A DNA stretch of 64,000 nt from a virus (lineage: Duplodnaviria; Caudoviricetes): positions 192,001 to 256,000 of the IMG/VR virus record IMGVR_UViG_3300021431_000076, one strand, 5' to 3'. Both the position numbers and the translations under genes were made by a program. This document shows positions 24,637 to 34,921 of this stretch, piece by piece. Within the stretch, counting starts at the first letter, position 1; each line of letters begins with the position of its first letter. The notes below the pieces were generated by a model. That model worked only from the letters and a program-made list of their open reading frames with translations, was not told the origin of the DNA and ran no database searches.

Positions 24637-25398
24637 ATGGCTAATAAAAAGAAAGCTGAAGAAGCTAAATCACAGCCTGATAACGTTAAGGTTATCATTC
24701 AACCAGATGGAACCAAATACTCTCTGGGTTTTCTTGATGAATTAGATGCTTTGGTTTTGGCTATATATGAAAATAAATTGCCGGATCAAGATAAAGCAAA
24801 AATTGATCAAGACCCAGTCTTCCTGAGTAAACTGGAAAGTTATATCAGGAACGGCATCATTCAATTGGATATGCCACCAAACAATATCCAGTTGAATGAA
24901 AATCAGAAGAAGATCAGAGAATATTGGTTCAAAGATGCATCTGAAGATGCAATCAGAGAACAGGTATTGGGCACTGAAAGGTACCAATACTGGAAGCAAA
25001 CTGGTTCTATTGAACCACCCCCACAAAAAGCACAGGCATCTCCTGCTTCTGAAAATATGGCAGAAGCAAATACCACATTAAATGTGGAAACAAACATTCA
25101 CGTTGAAAAAGAGGAAAAGACAGAGGAGGAAAAAGTTATGTTTAACAACACTCAGAACAATCAGAATGGTCAGCAGGCACAGGCACAGCAGCAGAATGGT
25201 CAGCAGCAGCAGGGCAATATCCTGACAGATGCTCTTGGCGCAGTGGATGAGTTCACTGATCATTGGTATGGGAAAGCCGCTATTGCCGGTGGTGCGGCAT
25301 TCGCAACCTATAAGTTCCTTAGCAGTAAGTCTGAAGATCCAGACTATAGCTCTGCTGGGGATGATGCAGTATCTGACTATGGCGGAAATTTCTTCTAA
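24637..25398 (+). CDS. early hypothetical protein with Q-rich linker and C-terminal hydrophobic segment; internal in-frame start at 25138
   Basis: GGGAGG RBS; second RBS gaggagg before ATG 25138; higher-GC codons in the 3' part. Confidence 0.7.
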   Translation: MANKKKAEEAKSQPDNVKVIIQPDGTKYSLGFLDELDALVLAIYENKLPDQDKAKIDQDPVFLSKLESYIRNGIIQLDMPPNNIQLNENQKKIREYWFKDASEDAIREQVLGTERYQYWKQTGSIEPPPQKAQASPASENMAEANTTLNVETNIHVEKEEKTEEEKVMFNNTQNNQNGQQAQAQQQNGQQQQGNILTDALGAVDEFTDHWYGKAAIAGGAAFATYKFLSSKSEDPDYSSAGDDAVSDYGGNFF

Positions 25399-25416
25399 TA
25401 GTTTCTAACCATACTT

Positions 25417-25450
25417 AAAAGGAGCACCAGAAATGGTGCTCCTTGTTTTT
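25417..25450. terminator. bidirectional terminator between convergent genes
   Basis: aaggagcacc-agaaat-ggtgctcctt flanked by A and T tracts. Confidence 0.75.
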
Positions 25451-26466
25451 TATTGTTTACCAATAGATTTCTTCATATCATTCAGCATCTTAGTAATATA
25501 ACCCTCATTAATAGGAATCATATTCAATGTACTCAAGCATTCTAAGAATGAATACATAACTTTAGTATCATTTACTACTTTACCAAAGTTTACTTTATTA
25601 TATTCAGTACTATATGCTTCTTTTAATACATCTACACTATGAATAGATTCTAGCATAATTTGGGTCATACTATTAAATACATTACATGGAGATTCTAAGA
25701 TAGCTCTTTCTTTTCTTTTTGCTATTCTTACAGCTTCTTGTTGCATTTGCTGAATATCTTCAGGAGAATTGGATACTATATTTTGACTACCATCCATAGT
25801 ATTCTCTGCAGCATCAAGTTCATCTATTCTTTGTTTAGCATTATCATAAATCTGCTTAATAGCATACTTATTTTTTTTATTAAAGTCAATAAAGTCATCT
25901 ACTGAATCTTGTACTCTATTTGCAATGATCTTAGTTACATCTTTAGGAATTGAATCTTTAATATCTACTACAAAGCTTTCAATATCATGATCTTCAATCT
26001 TATAAGCATCTTCTTCAGGTAGACCTTCTTTGATTTTTTCTTTAGTATCTTCAAGAAGTCTATCTAGATGATTATCAATTGTTCTAGAAATATCAGATAG
26101 ATAAATAGATTTGTGAGACCATTCATTTAATAAAAGTGGAACATTCTGTTCATTCACAAAATCATTAATAATACCAACAGCAAGATTTCTTTCATGACTA
26201 TTAGCAGCTTGTTCATTTAATACTGGTTCCATTATAGCATAATAAATACCATTTGTCATCAAAGTTTTCTGAGCTTCCTCAGCAAAGGCTAACCAACCAT
26301 GATTAAATCTTTTATTATTCTTCCAAGCATCATATGCTTGTTCTCCATAAGCTTTAGGTTTTTCTTCTTTCTTAGGATATAGATCAATAGTCTGCTCCTG
26401 TAAATTTTTTAAATATTCTAATTTCACAGAGGCATTAGATTTAGGTGCACGTTTAAAAGTATACAT
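25450..26466 (-). CDS. probable virion structural protein
   Basis: Last gene of a minus-strand operon under a late-type promoter; helical; AGGAGG RBS. Confidence 0.5.
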   Translation of the reverse strand: MYTFKRAPKSNASVKLEYLKNLQEQTIDLYPKKEEKPKAYGEQAYDAWKNNKRFNHGWLAFAEEAQKTLMTNGIYYAIMEPVLNEQAANSHERNLAVGIINDFVNEQNVPLLLNEWSHKSIYLSDISRTIDNHLDRLLEDTKEKIKEGLPEEDAYKIEDHDIESFVVDIKDSIPKDVTKIIANRVQDSVDDFIDFNKKNKYAIKQIYDNAKQRIDELDAAENTMDGSQNIVSNSPEDIQQMQQEAVRIAKRKERAILESPCNVFNSMTQIMLESIHSVDVLKEAYSTEYNKVNFGKVVNDTKVMYSFLECLSTLNMIPINEGYITKMLNDMKKSIGKQ

Positions 26467-26484
26467 TATGTCTTTACCTCCTTA

Positions 26485-27726
26485 TTAGAATAATGGACCA
26501 CCAGTAGAGCTCATAGCAGTATCTGGATTAGTATTTACATCATCAATTCTATATTTTCTACTATCTGCTTTAATCTGATTAGTTGCTGCTCTTTCATTCT
26601 TATTATGATCAATAGCAATCTTATCAGCTATTTTACGGAAAGCAGATGCAATTTTAAGTTGTCTTCTAACAACAGAAGATTTATCTCCAATAGTTCTAAT
26701 ATCCTTAGAGCTATTTAACTGATTAGCATTCATTTCTAATAGATCTGCTTGAATATCTAAATATGTAGATACTCTAGCTCTAGAAGCATAGAAATAATAT
26801 ACTAAATCTTTTAGCATAGATACACATGCTAATACTACACCAACAATAGATACTGCTGCACCTATACCAACTAATACAGTTAAAGGATCAAAGCCTTTAG
26901 CTTTGGCTTTTATAAGAGGTCTAAGAGAATTCTCTACATCACCCTTACGAGCAGCTTCATTAAATTTAACTAAGCTTTCATACATAAGAGATTCTTTAAC
27001 TTTAGAAATGCCAGCTTTATCAAGAGCAATATCCATACCATCATTCTTAGGAGACTTAATATACTCAATACAAGTAGCAATCATATAAGAGATAGAAGAA
27101 ATAATACCTAAAACTATATTATTATACATAGCAATACCAAGAGAGATCTTACCAGCAAAGCAAGCCATAAAAAGGTCTTTATTGTATTCTACATACTGCA
27201 ATGCATTCTGAATTTCAATGATAGGTTTAGTATCTTCTTTATACTGAGTAAAGATTTGTTTAAGAATATTAATACATTGCTCAATCTGTTCATATTTTGG
27301 AAGTCTGGTAATATCACCTTTAGAATTAGGAATATCGCCATAATCAACTTCATCTACTTTATCAATCATCATTTGATAAAGTTTATTAGTAAGAGATACA
27401 ATAAGTGCATTCTGTTCTGCTTCATCTAAAGCAAAGATAGCAGTATTGGTTTTAATATCATGATAATCAAAATACTCATTAACAATAGCTAAGAAATCTT
27501 CATGGAATTTAGCAGTATCGTTCTTTTGAGAAAGATCATTCATATTTTTATAAGGTTCATATTTATTAATAACCATACCTTTGTTTTCCTCCTCCTTCTT
27601 ATCTTTTTTATCATCAGAAAGTTCTGTATCATTAAAAAGATCTTCTGTATTTACATCAGGAATTATCATGTTATCCTGATCCATTATTCCAGTTTCTGAG
27701 AGTTTAAATAGTGGCATTATATTCAC
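26485..27726 (-). CDS. probable virion structural protein with a hydrophobic segment
   Basis: Late operon; acidic N-terminal leader; hydrophobic LTVLVGIGAAVSIVGVVLACV. Confidence 0.5.
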   Translation of the reverse strand: MNIMPLFKLSETGIMDQDNMIIPDVNTEDLFNDTELSDDKKDKKEEENKGMVINKYEPYKNMNDLSQKNDTAKFHEDFLAIVNEYFDYHDIKTNTAIFALDEAEQNALIVSLTNKLYQMMIDKVDEVDYGDIPNSKGDITRLPKYEQIEQCINILKQIFTQYKEDTKPIIEIQNALQYVEYNKDLFMACFAGKISLGIAMYNNIVLGIISSISYMIATCIEYIKSPKNDGMDIALDKAGISKVKESLMYESLVKFNEAARKGDVENSLRPLIKAKAKGFDPLTVLVGIGAAVSIVGVVLACVSMLKDLVYYFYASRARVSTYLDIQADLLEMNANQLNSSKDIRTIGDKSSVVRRQLKIASAFRKIADKIAIDHNKNERAATNQIKADSRKYRIDDVNTNPDTAMSSTGGPLF

Positions 27727-27729
27727 CTC

Positions 27730-29178
27730 TTATCTCTTAGAAACCATATTGATAACTTTCTTATACATACCTGAACTTTCTTCACGTTCAAGACTCATAA
27801 AGGAATAAGTTTCAAAATTCTTACCACCATCATCCCAAAGCATATCTACTCTTTCCATTGCTTCATCTACAATGACAGCACACATAAAACTATATCCTTT
27901 CATAATAGAAAGAAGAGTTCCTGGATTATGAATATCTAATCTATGATACTTCTTAATCAAATCTGCTTCTTCTTTAGAAATAACTATAGTAGCAATAGCA
28001 GAACAAGAAGCATCATTTCTAAACAGTTGTCTATTTCTCTTAGCTTGATTGGCTCTAAGTTCTAGAAGTTTCCAAATAGATGATGTAGATCCTTTACCAA
28101 CTTTAGATAAAGCATCTACTTTAGCTCTATCTACTGAGAACAAGAAATCTTTAAAGAATGAAATTTCTCTAGTAGTAGCTCTAATGAAATTAAATAATCC
28201 TCTACGATCTGAATTCTTAAGCATAATCTTATTGACCATATCTTCAGATTTAACATAGTGGATCATTGCCTTAACACCAATAACACAAACATTTTCTACA
28301 CTATTAGATCCATGAGTTCCAACTGGACCACCGACTGTGGTGAATCTCACTATAATAAGAGAAGGCATAGCTTCATTAGCTTTCTCTACATCAGATTTTA
28401 TAATAGATTTACTTATAGCGTCATAAGCATTTTTAACATTTGTGGTCTGAATTTCGTCTGTATCTTGATATGTTACAGTTGTTTGATTATCATCATCATC
28501 ACGAGTAGTATATTGCGTTGTAGATTGTCTAACACCATTTCTACCAACAATTGCTTCACCAAATACTTGTTTTACAACATAATCATTTATAGAAGATTCA
28601 TTCAAACACTCACCAAGATAATATCTGCAATTCTGTTTTAAATCTTCTTGAACTGCTTTAATACCATCTCTAACTGCAATTTCTGTAGCAGCATTTAGAT
28701 TAGTATTATTATATACAGTACCACCAGCATTAGCATCCATCACATCTACACCAGCAGCAAGAATATCGTCTATATTAGCATTGGACCAATCAAGCTTAGA
28801 ATCAATATTATTATGAAATTTAGAAAGATAGTCATAAGCATTAGTAGCAGAATCAATAGATGCAGAAGCAAACAACATTTCTAACATACCAACACATTTT
28901 CTTTCTACAGCTTTAGAGATCATAACAGCTTGATCAAGTGGTGTAGCTTCTGTTACAATAACTGGAAATACAGCTGTTAAGCCTTTTGCAGCTGTAGCAA
29001 TATTTCTACTTATGACTTGATCAAATTTAGATCGGTCATTTACTTCTGTCATGTTTTTCCTAGATCTTTGCATAAAACTATCCCATACTGTGGGACTCTT
29101 GGCTACATCAGCAGCCATAGTGATAATATCACGAAGAAACCCTTCGTGAATAGTAGTAAAGTCTGTGTTAGAACTCAT
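27730..29178 (-). CDS. probable virion structural (head-associated) protein
   Basis: First gene after the late-type promoter at 29236-29247; AGGAGG RBS. Confidence 0.5.
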   Translation of the reverse strand: MSSNTDFTTIHEGFLRDIITMAADVAKSPTVWDSFMQRSRKNMTEVNDRSKFDQVISRNIATAAKGLTAVFPVIVTEATPLDQAVMISKAVERKCVGMLEMLFASASIDSATNAYDYLSKFHNNIDSKLDWSNANIDDILAAGVDVMDANAGGTVYNNTNLNAATEIAVRDGIKAVQEDLKQNCRYYLGECLNESSINDYVVKQVFGEAIVGRNGVRQSTTQYTTRDDDDNQTTVTYQDTDEIQTTNVKNAYDAISKSIIKSDVEKANEAMPSLIIVRFTTVGGPVGTHGSNSVENVCVIGVKAMIHYVKSEDMVNKIMLKNSDRRGLFNFIRATTREISFFKDFLFSVDRAKVDALSKVGKGSTSSIWKLLELRANQAKRNRQLFRNDASCSAIATIVISKEEADLIKKYHRLDIHNPGTLLSIMKGYSFMCAVIVDEAMERVDMLWDDGGKNFETYSFMSLEREESSGMYKKVINMVSKR

Positions 29179-29235
29179 TGACTTACTCCTCCTTATTAAT
29201 TTTATTTTAGCATAATATTAATATAAGTAAATACT

Positions 29236-29292
29236 TAATCTAATGTTTCTCAAAATAGGCTTTTAAGGACCAATTAGTAAGACAACCTGTTA
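29236..29292. promoter_or_regulatory. divergent late-type promoters
   Basis: Minus strand AACA-ttagat-TAAG (29247-29236); plus strand GACA-acctgt-TAAG (29281-29292), preceded by the variant GACC-aattag-TAAG. Confidence 0.65.
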
Positions 29293-29310
29293 AGAAAAGG
29301 GGGGAATAAG

Positions 29311-30369
29311 ATGGCAAAAACTACAATTGGAGGATCAACATACGGATCAGGTATAATATCAGAAGATGAAAAAAATATACTGCTTAAAGCAGACAAAGAT
29401 GGAAATACTGCATACAAAAATGCTATGTTAGATGATGCATTGCTTTTAAAACAAATGAGATCTAATGGCTATTTCCAACCATCAGATATGAAATATAGAA
29501 GATCTTTTTATCCAGTTAAAAGAATGGACCCATATAATAGGGTACAAGGGACTAAAGAATATGTATTTTTTACAAAACCACGTATTCCTATAGTGGCAAA
29601 TAATGATTTGACTGATCAATTTAAAGCTATACCATATTATAGAAATTTATGGTCTTCTGGCTATGCATATCAAGAAATACTAAAAGATTTATCTGCTTAT
29701 GGAGATATATGTCCGTTTGTGCAAATGCTTACTAATAGAATAACTTCTAATATAGATATTCCTGGAATAAATGTAGATGTATTAGAAACTGCACAAAACT
29801 TTTGGGGAAGTAAAATAGTGTATCCTAAAACATCTATGTCTTCAGATGAAGGAATAGAATTCACATGTGAGTTTGAAGAAACTAAACATCTTGAAATATA
29901 TCATTTTTTTAAAGCCTGGGATTTATATAGACAAATGAAATGGTGGGGTATTATTAGTCCACCAGATTATTGTATTAATCATAAAATTCTAAATGATCAT
30001 ATTGCTGTATATAAATTTATTGTTGCTGAAGATGGAGAAAGATTATTATATTGGTGTAAATGGACTGGAGTATTTCCATCAACTATAGGAAGAGATACAT
30101 TTTCTGAAATACCAGTAGAAGGTCCATTAAAACTAACAGTTACATTTAAGGTTAGTGGATGGTTTGAAGATATGGAGCCTAATATACTTTCAGATTTTAG
30201 GCAAATAGTATCTACAGGCTTAAATAGAAATTATAATAGATGGAAGATATGGGATATTGATGTTGGAGGAATTGAACAAGAGAATATGTATTTGCCTTGG
30301 GTTGAAGCTGCTGGTAAATTAAACAGTGAAAACTTTACTGATGTTTATTTTGAATGGTTAGAATTTTAA
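29311..30369 (+). CDS. tail tube-like / baseplate tube protein
   Basis: Late promoter; tube-fold pattern (IEFTCEFEET...HFFKAW...WCKWTGVFPS...LTVTF); adjacent to the baseplate wedge gene. Confidence 0.5.
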   Translation: MAKTTIGGSTYGSGIISEDEKNILLKADKDGNTAYKNAMLDDALLLKQMRSNGYFQPSDMKYRRSFYPVKRMDPYNRVQGTKEYVFFTKPRIPIVANNDLTDQFKAIPYYRNLWSSGYAYQEILKDLSAYGDICPFVQMLTNRITSNIDIPGINVDVLETAQNFWGSKIVYPKTSMSSDEGIEFTCEFEETKHLEIYHFFKAWDLYRQMKWWGIISPPDYCINHKILNDHIAVYKFIVAEDGERLLYWCKWTGVFPSTIGRDTFSEIPVEGPLKLTVTFKVSGWFEDMEPNILSDFRQIVSTGLNRNYNRWKIWDIDVGGIEQENMYLPWVEAAGKLNSENFTDVYFEWLEF

Positions 30370-30382
30370 AAGGAGGTAGAAC

Positions 30383-33184
30383 ATGGCATCTGAATCAACC
30401 ACTATCCTAAATACTGATATTTATAAAGTCAGTCAATTTGTAGATAGTATTAAAGCAAGATATGTTGATATTCCAGAAGATACTCTAGTATTAGGTGTAT
30501 ATGGTTATCTATCTTCTGTTATATCTAATGCATTAGAAAATACAGCTATAATGGCATCTGAATATTCTAATGAAGCAATTCCTACTAAGGCAAAGTTTGA
30601 AAGAAATATAATTTCTCATGCTTTATCTTTAGGTATAAATAAAATCTTTGCAGTTCCTTCGTATATTGATATTACTTTAAATTTACCAGAATCTAAACTA
30701 CTAGAAAATCTAATAGAAGATCCTGATGTAGTAAATTCTGCTAGTTATACTGGTGGTGCTCCTAAAGATACATTTATTGTAGATAAAGATTGTGTATTTC
30801 GTATAGGGCAAGATGAAGAATATGAATATCATTTAGATTATGATATCAAAATTAAAAGAAGTACATTAGCCAATGGTACATATGTTTATAATGCTATGTA
30901 TATGACTGACAGCTGGCATAATGAAATGGTTACTTTAAATAACCCATATTTACCAGCTATAGGATTGGTTAATGTAGAAGGAGATAACATGTTGTCTATT
31001 AAGACAACAATAAGACAATATACACATACAGAAATATATTCTAAGATTATAATAGAGAATCCATTGGAGAATAAGATATTAAACTTTACATGGGAAGATC
31101 AATTAATCTTTTTCTATATAGAAGTAGATGAATCCAATGATTCTGGTGGTACTGATAAACATATTCTTGTTCCAGTATATGATGGTCTTTATAATAATAC
31201 TACTGCATCTCAAGAATACGTTAATTTCTTATTCTTAGATGATAAAAATATAAGAGTAAAATTCAATAGAGATGTATATCAACCTAGAAAGAATTCTGAT
31301 GTCACAATTCATGTGATAACTTGTTTAGGTGACGAAACCAACTTCATGTTATCTCCTACATATTATAAGGTAGGGCCATTAAATTCTTCTAGATTTAATT
31401 ATGCATCTATGTATTATATGATTACTCCTGTGGGAGATTCTATAGATGGTCAGAATAAGTTATCTATAGAACAACTTAAACTTATTATTCCTCAAGAAGC
31501 TATATCTAGAGGATCTATAGCGACTTATACAGATCTTAATAATGCATTCAATTCAGTTCAAACTCCAGATATTAAAATGACATTTCTTAGAAAAGTTCAT
31601 AATCAGGTAGAAAGATTATATTATGCCTATTTATTATTAAGAGATTCTAATAAGAATATAATACCAACTAACACCGTTACATCTTATTTAGAAAGAGATG
31701 CATTTGATTCTATTACTAAATATAGTTTTATTTTAAAGCCAGGAGCTTTATTCTATTTAGATCTAAAGGATAATAAAGTAAAAGTACTAGCTCAAGGAGA
31801 TTATTCTCAATCAAATATAGATAATATGGATAATACTTCTTTCTTATATACTTGCCCATATCTTATGGTTATGAACAAATCTCCATTTTATGTATCTTAT
31901 TATATGACTATGATACATTATACAAGAGATCTATACTTTAGATATATAAATGATAAATCTCTTCTTCAATTTATAACACTTAGTTATTCTTTCCATAGAG
32001 ATATGTATCCATCTGAAGATGATACCGATATTACAGATCCCAATTATCTAGCAAATGATAATTCTACATACCATATAGAAATGACTTTGGTTCAAAACAT
32101 ACCAACAGATTATGACATAATAAAATATGATGATGATGGAGCTATAGAAGAATGTAGATTGTCTGTATATATAGTATTTTATCAAAAAGATAGTGAAGGA
32201 GAAGAATATCCATTTAAATATGTACAAGGAGTATTAACTAAGTTTGATGAGTCTGATTCTTCTTATAATTTTGAGTTTAGATTTAAAACTAGTGATAGAT
32301 TTGCTAAACTTGGTTCATATATAGAAATAATCAAAGGATTAAAAAATATAGGAACTGGTGTAGAGGTAAGTAATTATATGCCTCCTAATATTGGAGCTAA
32401 ATTCTTTGTATTTGCTAAGTTTGATCAAGAATTTGGAAGAACATACGAATTTAATCATGATGGAAATATTCAAGATTGTGATGGATTAATTCCAAATCTA
32501 ACTGGATATACTCTTACTAATATATATGATGCAGGAGAACAAGGAATAGATATTTTCTATGACTATTCTGATCTCAATAATTCTTATTGTGAATTAGGAA
32601 AGAATCCAGTTTCTAAAGACAATAACTTTATAATCTATAAAGTTCCTGTAATAAGATATACTTATATGAATACAGAAGCTAAGTGGAGATCTATTATGAG
32701 AATGATTGATAGAAGAAGAAAATATATCCAGAATGTATTACTCCTTCTAGAAGATTCATTTGGTATAGATTATAAATTCTATAATACTTATGGTAAATCT
32801 CTCACCTACAATATTGAGAAAGAAGAACAGATTGATAGAATCAATCTTAAACTTAAATTTGAGATTAAATTCGTATCTGAATCTGAAAATGTTATTCTTT
32901 CTAATATCACTACATCTATCAAGGAATATATAGAAGATATGAACAATGTATCTGATCTTCATATGCCTAACTTGATTACATATATAACTAATCTTTATAG
33001 AGATCATATAGTGTATATTAAATTTATTGGATTGAATGATTACGGATCTTTATATCAGTCTGTCTATAAGAATCCTATCTTATCTGATAACTATTTTATA
33101 GAAACTCAGACTGTACCAGAATTTATCAATGTAAATACTAATAGATACGAATTACCAGATATTGAATATAAAGTAGTAAGTTAA
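30383..33184 (+). CDS. baseplate wedge subunit (T4 gp6 / baseplate-J-like)
   Basis: NEAIPTKAKFERNIISHALSLG and GQNKLSIEQLKLIIPQEAISRGSIATYTDL resemble gp6-family motifs. Confidence 0.65.
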   Translation: MASESTTILNTDIYKVSQFVDSIKARYVDIPEDTLVLGVYGYLSSVISNALENTAIMASEYSNEAIPTKAKFERNIISHALSLGINKIFAVPSYIDITLNLPESKLLENLIEDPDVVNSASYTGGAPKDTFIVDKDCVFRIGQDEEYEYHLDYDIKIKRSTLANGTYVYNAMYMTDSWHNEMVTLNNPYLPAIGLVNVEGDNMLSIKTTIRQYTHTEIYSKIIIENPLENKILNFTWEDQLIFFYIEVDESNDSGGTDKHILVPVYDGLYNNTTASQEYVNFLFLDDKNIRVKFNRDVYQPRKNSDVTIHVITCLGDETNFMLSPTYYKVGPLNSSRFNYASMYYMITPVGDSIDGQNKLSIEQLKLIIPQEAISRGSIATYTDLNNAFNSVQTPDIKMTFLRKVHNQVERLYYAYLLLRDSNKNIIPTNTVTSYLERDAFDSITKYSFILKPGALFYLDLKDNKVKVLAQGDYSQSNIDNMDNTSFLYTCPYLMVMNKSPFYVSYYMTMIHYTRDLYFRYINDKSLLQFITLSYSFHRDMYPSEDDTDITDPNYLANDNSTYHIEMTLVQNIPTDYDIIKYDDDGAIEECRLSVYIVFYQKDSEGEEYPFKYVQGVLTKFDESDSSYNFEFRFKTSDRFAKLGSYIEIIKGLKNIGTGVEVSNYMPPNIGAKFFVFAKFDQEFGRTYEFNHDGNIQDCDGLIPNLTGYTLTNIYDAGEQGIDIFYDYSDLNNSYCELGKNPVSKDNNFIIYKVPVIRYTYMNTEAKWRSIMRMIDRRRKYIQNVLLLLEDSFGIDYKFYNTYGKSLTYNIEKEEQIDRINLKLKFEIKFVSESENVILSNITTSIKEYIEDMNNVSDLHMPNLITYITNLYRDHIVYIKFIGLNDYGSLYQSVYKNPILSDNYFIETQTVPEFINVNTNRYELPDIEYKVVS

Positions 33185-33239
33185 ACAATAGAATACCAGA
33201 GTACCTTTGGTACTCTGGTAATTTTTTAATTTATAATTA

Positions 33240-33254
33240 TATATTATAGCAGTG
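33240..33254 (+). promoter_or_regulatory. early-type promoter
   Basis: tatattat-agcagt-G. Confidence 0.7.
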
Positions 33255-33315
33255 ATAAAGTAAGAGACTCATCATGGTGATGATCTCATGTTTAAAAAAA
33301 GAAAGGAGCTTTATC

Positions 33316-33768
33316 ATGGAAACTAAGAAAAACTTTTTCGAGGAAATCGGACACCCCTCTCACGTATCGGCTTCTATCAAGGATAGAAAGTATATCCTAG
33401 ACAATATTTTTAAATATGGATATACTGATGACCATGATGGCAAAAATTACAGTAAGTATGATATGCCTATTCACATGGTTGGAATCTGGACGAATTATCG
33501 TTCGATCCAGATAATACCGATCTTTGAGAAGACTACATTTTGCTGCAATCCATTCTATGTAGCAAAAGATGGATCTATTCATCTCGATACGTGCTCTTGC
33601 GGGGGCACTGTTATAGGAGGGAATCTCGATAGGTATAATCGAGAAATGTCTCCAAACAACCGAGAAGGATTTCATACCAATGAATTGATTGTACCCTATA
33701 CTGAAGAGGGATGGAAAGCTATAAGAAATTCCAAAATCTTTTCTGTGGATGAAGATGAAGAAGCTTAA
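33316..33768 (+). CDS. early hypothetical protein (single-gene cassette)
   Basis: GAAAGGAG RBS favours ATG 33316 (METKK); higher-GC codons than its neighbours. Confidence 0.7.
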   Translation: METKKNFFEEIGHPSHVSASIKDRKYILDNIFKYGYTDDHDGKNYSKYDMPIHMVGIWTNYRSIQIIPIFEKTTFCCNPFYVAKDGSIHLDTCSCGGTVIGGNLDRYNREMSPNNREGFHTNELIVPYTEEGWKAIRNSKIFSVDEDEEA

Positions 33769-33847
33769 CTAAACAAAAGATAGGAGCACGAGAGCACGTT
33801 ACTCTGACGTGCTTCTATTTTTTTTTGAGTAAACTTATTTTTAGATA

Positions 33848-33862
33848 TATACTATTTATATG
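33848..33862 (+). promoter_or_regulatory. early-type promoter
   Basis: tatactat-ttatat-G; leader identical to the one at 22987. Confidence 0.7.
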
Positions 33863-33888
33863 AGTATGAGTTGAAGGAGGAATAGTTT

Positions 33889-34215
33889 ATGTTAACCAAA
33901 GAAGAACTCTCATTATGCAATTCCAAGGAAGATTATTTAGTTCGATATTTATTATGCTCTCTTGCTAAGAGCGATATTGAACTAGGTAAGAAATATAGAG
34001 AAGCTTTAAGATTTTTTGATATCCATTCTAAATCTGAAAGAACAGATACAGAGAAAGAGAAGGTGAAAGAATATGCAACTCTGTTTGTAGATATAAGAAC
34101 TAGTCTATATAGAGCTGTAAGAGAATTAACAAATCACGAGAAAGCGGACTTATTAGAGTATGATAATAAGTTAGATGAGTTTTTAGGGAGTATTAAATTA
34201 GAGGAGAATAAGTAA
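33889..34215 (+). CDS. hypothetical protein
   Basis: AAGGAGG RBS; coupled to the RNase H gene. Confidence 0.7.
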   Translation: MLTKEELSLCNSKEDYLVRYLLCSLAKSDIELGKKYREALRFFDIHSKSERTDTEKEKVKEYATLFVDIRTSLYRAVRELTNHEKADLLEYDNKLDEFLGSIKLEENK

Positions 34216-34913
34216 TGGAATTCAATTATCTAAATGCTGTGAATGTATTCACAGATGCATCAAATCTACCTGCTATGAATGGTAGAAAAGAAAATATCAT
34301 ATGCCCTGCTTATATAGTATCAATCAATGGATCCGTATTAGAATACGGATCCAGATTAATCAAAAATGCTACTGCAGCATATGGAGAATTATATGCATTA
34401 GCTATGGGAGTTCAAGCAGCTACTAGGTATGCCTATACTGGCATGCCTATTTATATCTATTCTGATTCTGAAATATCTGTATCTGCATGTACTAAATGGT
34501 TAGAGAAATGGTATATGAATGGTAGGGATAATTTCTATCTTACGAAAGGTGATAAGAATCCTGCTGCTAATCAAGAATTAGTTCTAGATATAGTAAGAAT
34601 GGTATGCCAAGCTAATATGAGAATAGGAATAATAAATATACTAGGTCATACTAGAAATGAAGATGTATCTGCTATGGAAAAATTCAGATACTATTTCTAC
34701 AGAGCTAATCATATTAGAGGAAGAGTTCCTATAGAACACTTACAAAATATGGCTCTATTTAATGACAAAGTTGATACTATATCTAGAACTGCATTGAAGA
34801 ATATATGTAATCCTAATCATCCTATAGTAAATCCAAAAGAGCAAGTACCAGGAATCTATTGGTATCCTAAGGATGAAGATATTCAGCTATATTTGTCATT
34901 GGTCAATAAGTAA
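34215..34913 (+). CDS. rnhA: ribonuclease HI
   Basis: VFTDAS, GELYAL, IYSDSE, GH and NDKVD catalytic pattern of RNase HI. Confidence 0.8.
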   Translation: MEFNYLNAVNVFTDASNLPAMNGRKENIICPAYIVSINGSVLEYGSRLIKNATAAYGELYALAMGVQAATRYAYTGMPIYIYSDSEISVSACTKWLEKWYMNGRDNFYLTKGDKNPAANQELVLDIVRMVCQANMRIGIINILGHTRNEDVSAMEKFRYYFYRANHIRGRVPIEHLQNMALFNDKVDTISRTALKNICNPNHPIVNPKEQVPGIYWYPKDEDIQLYLSLVNK

Positions 34914-34921
34914 TTCAAGCA

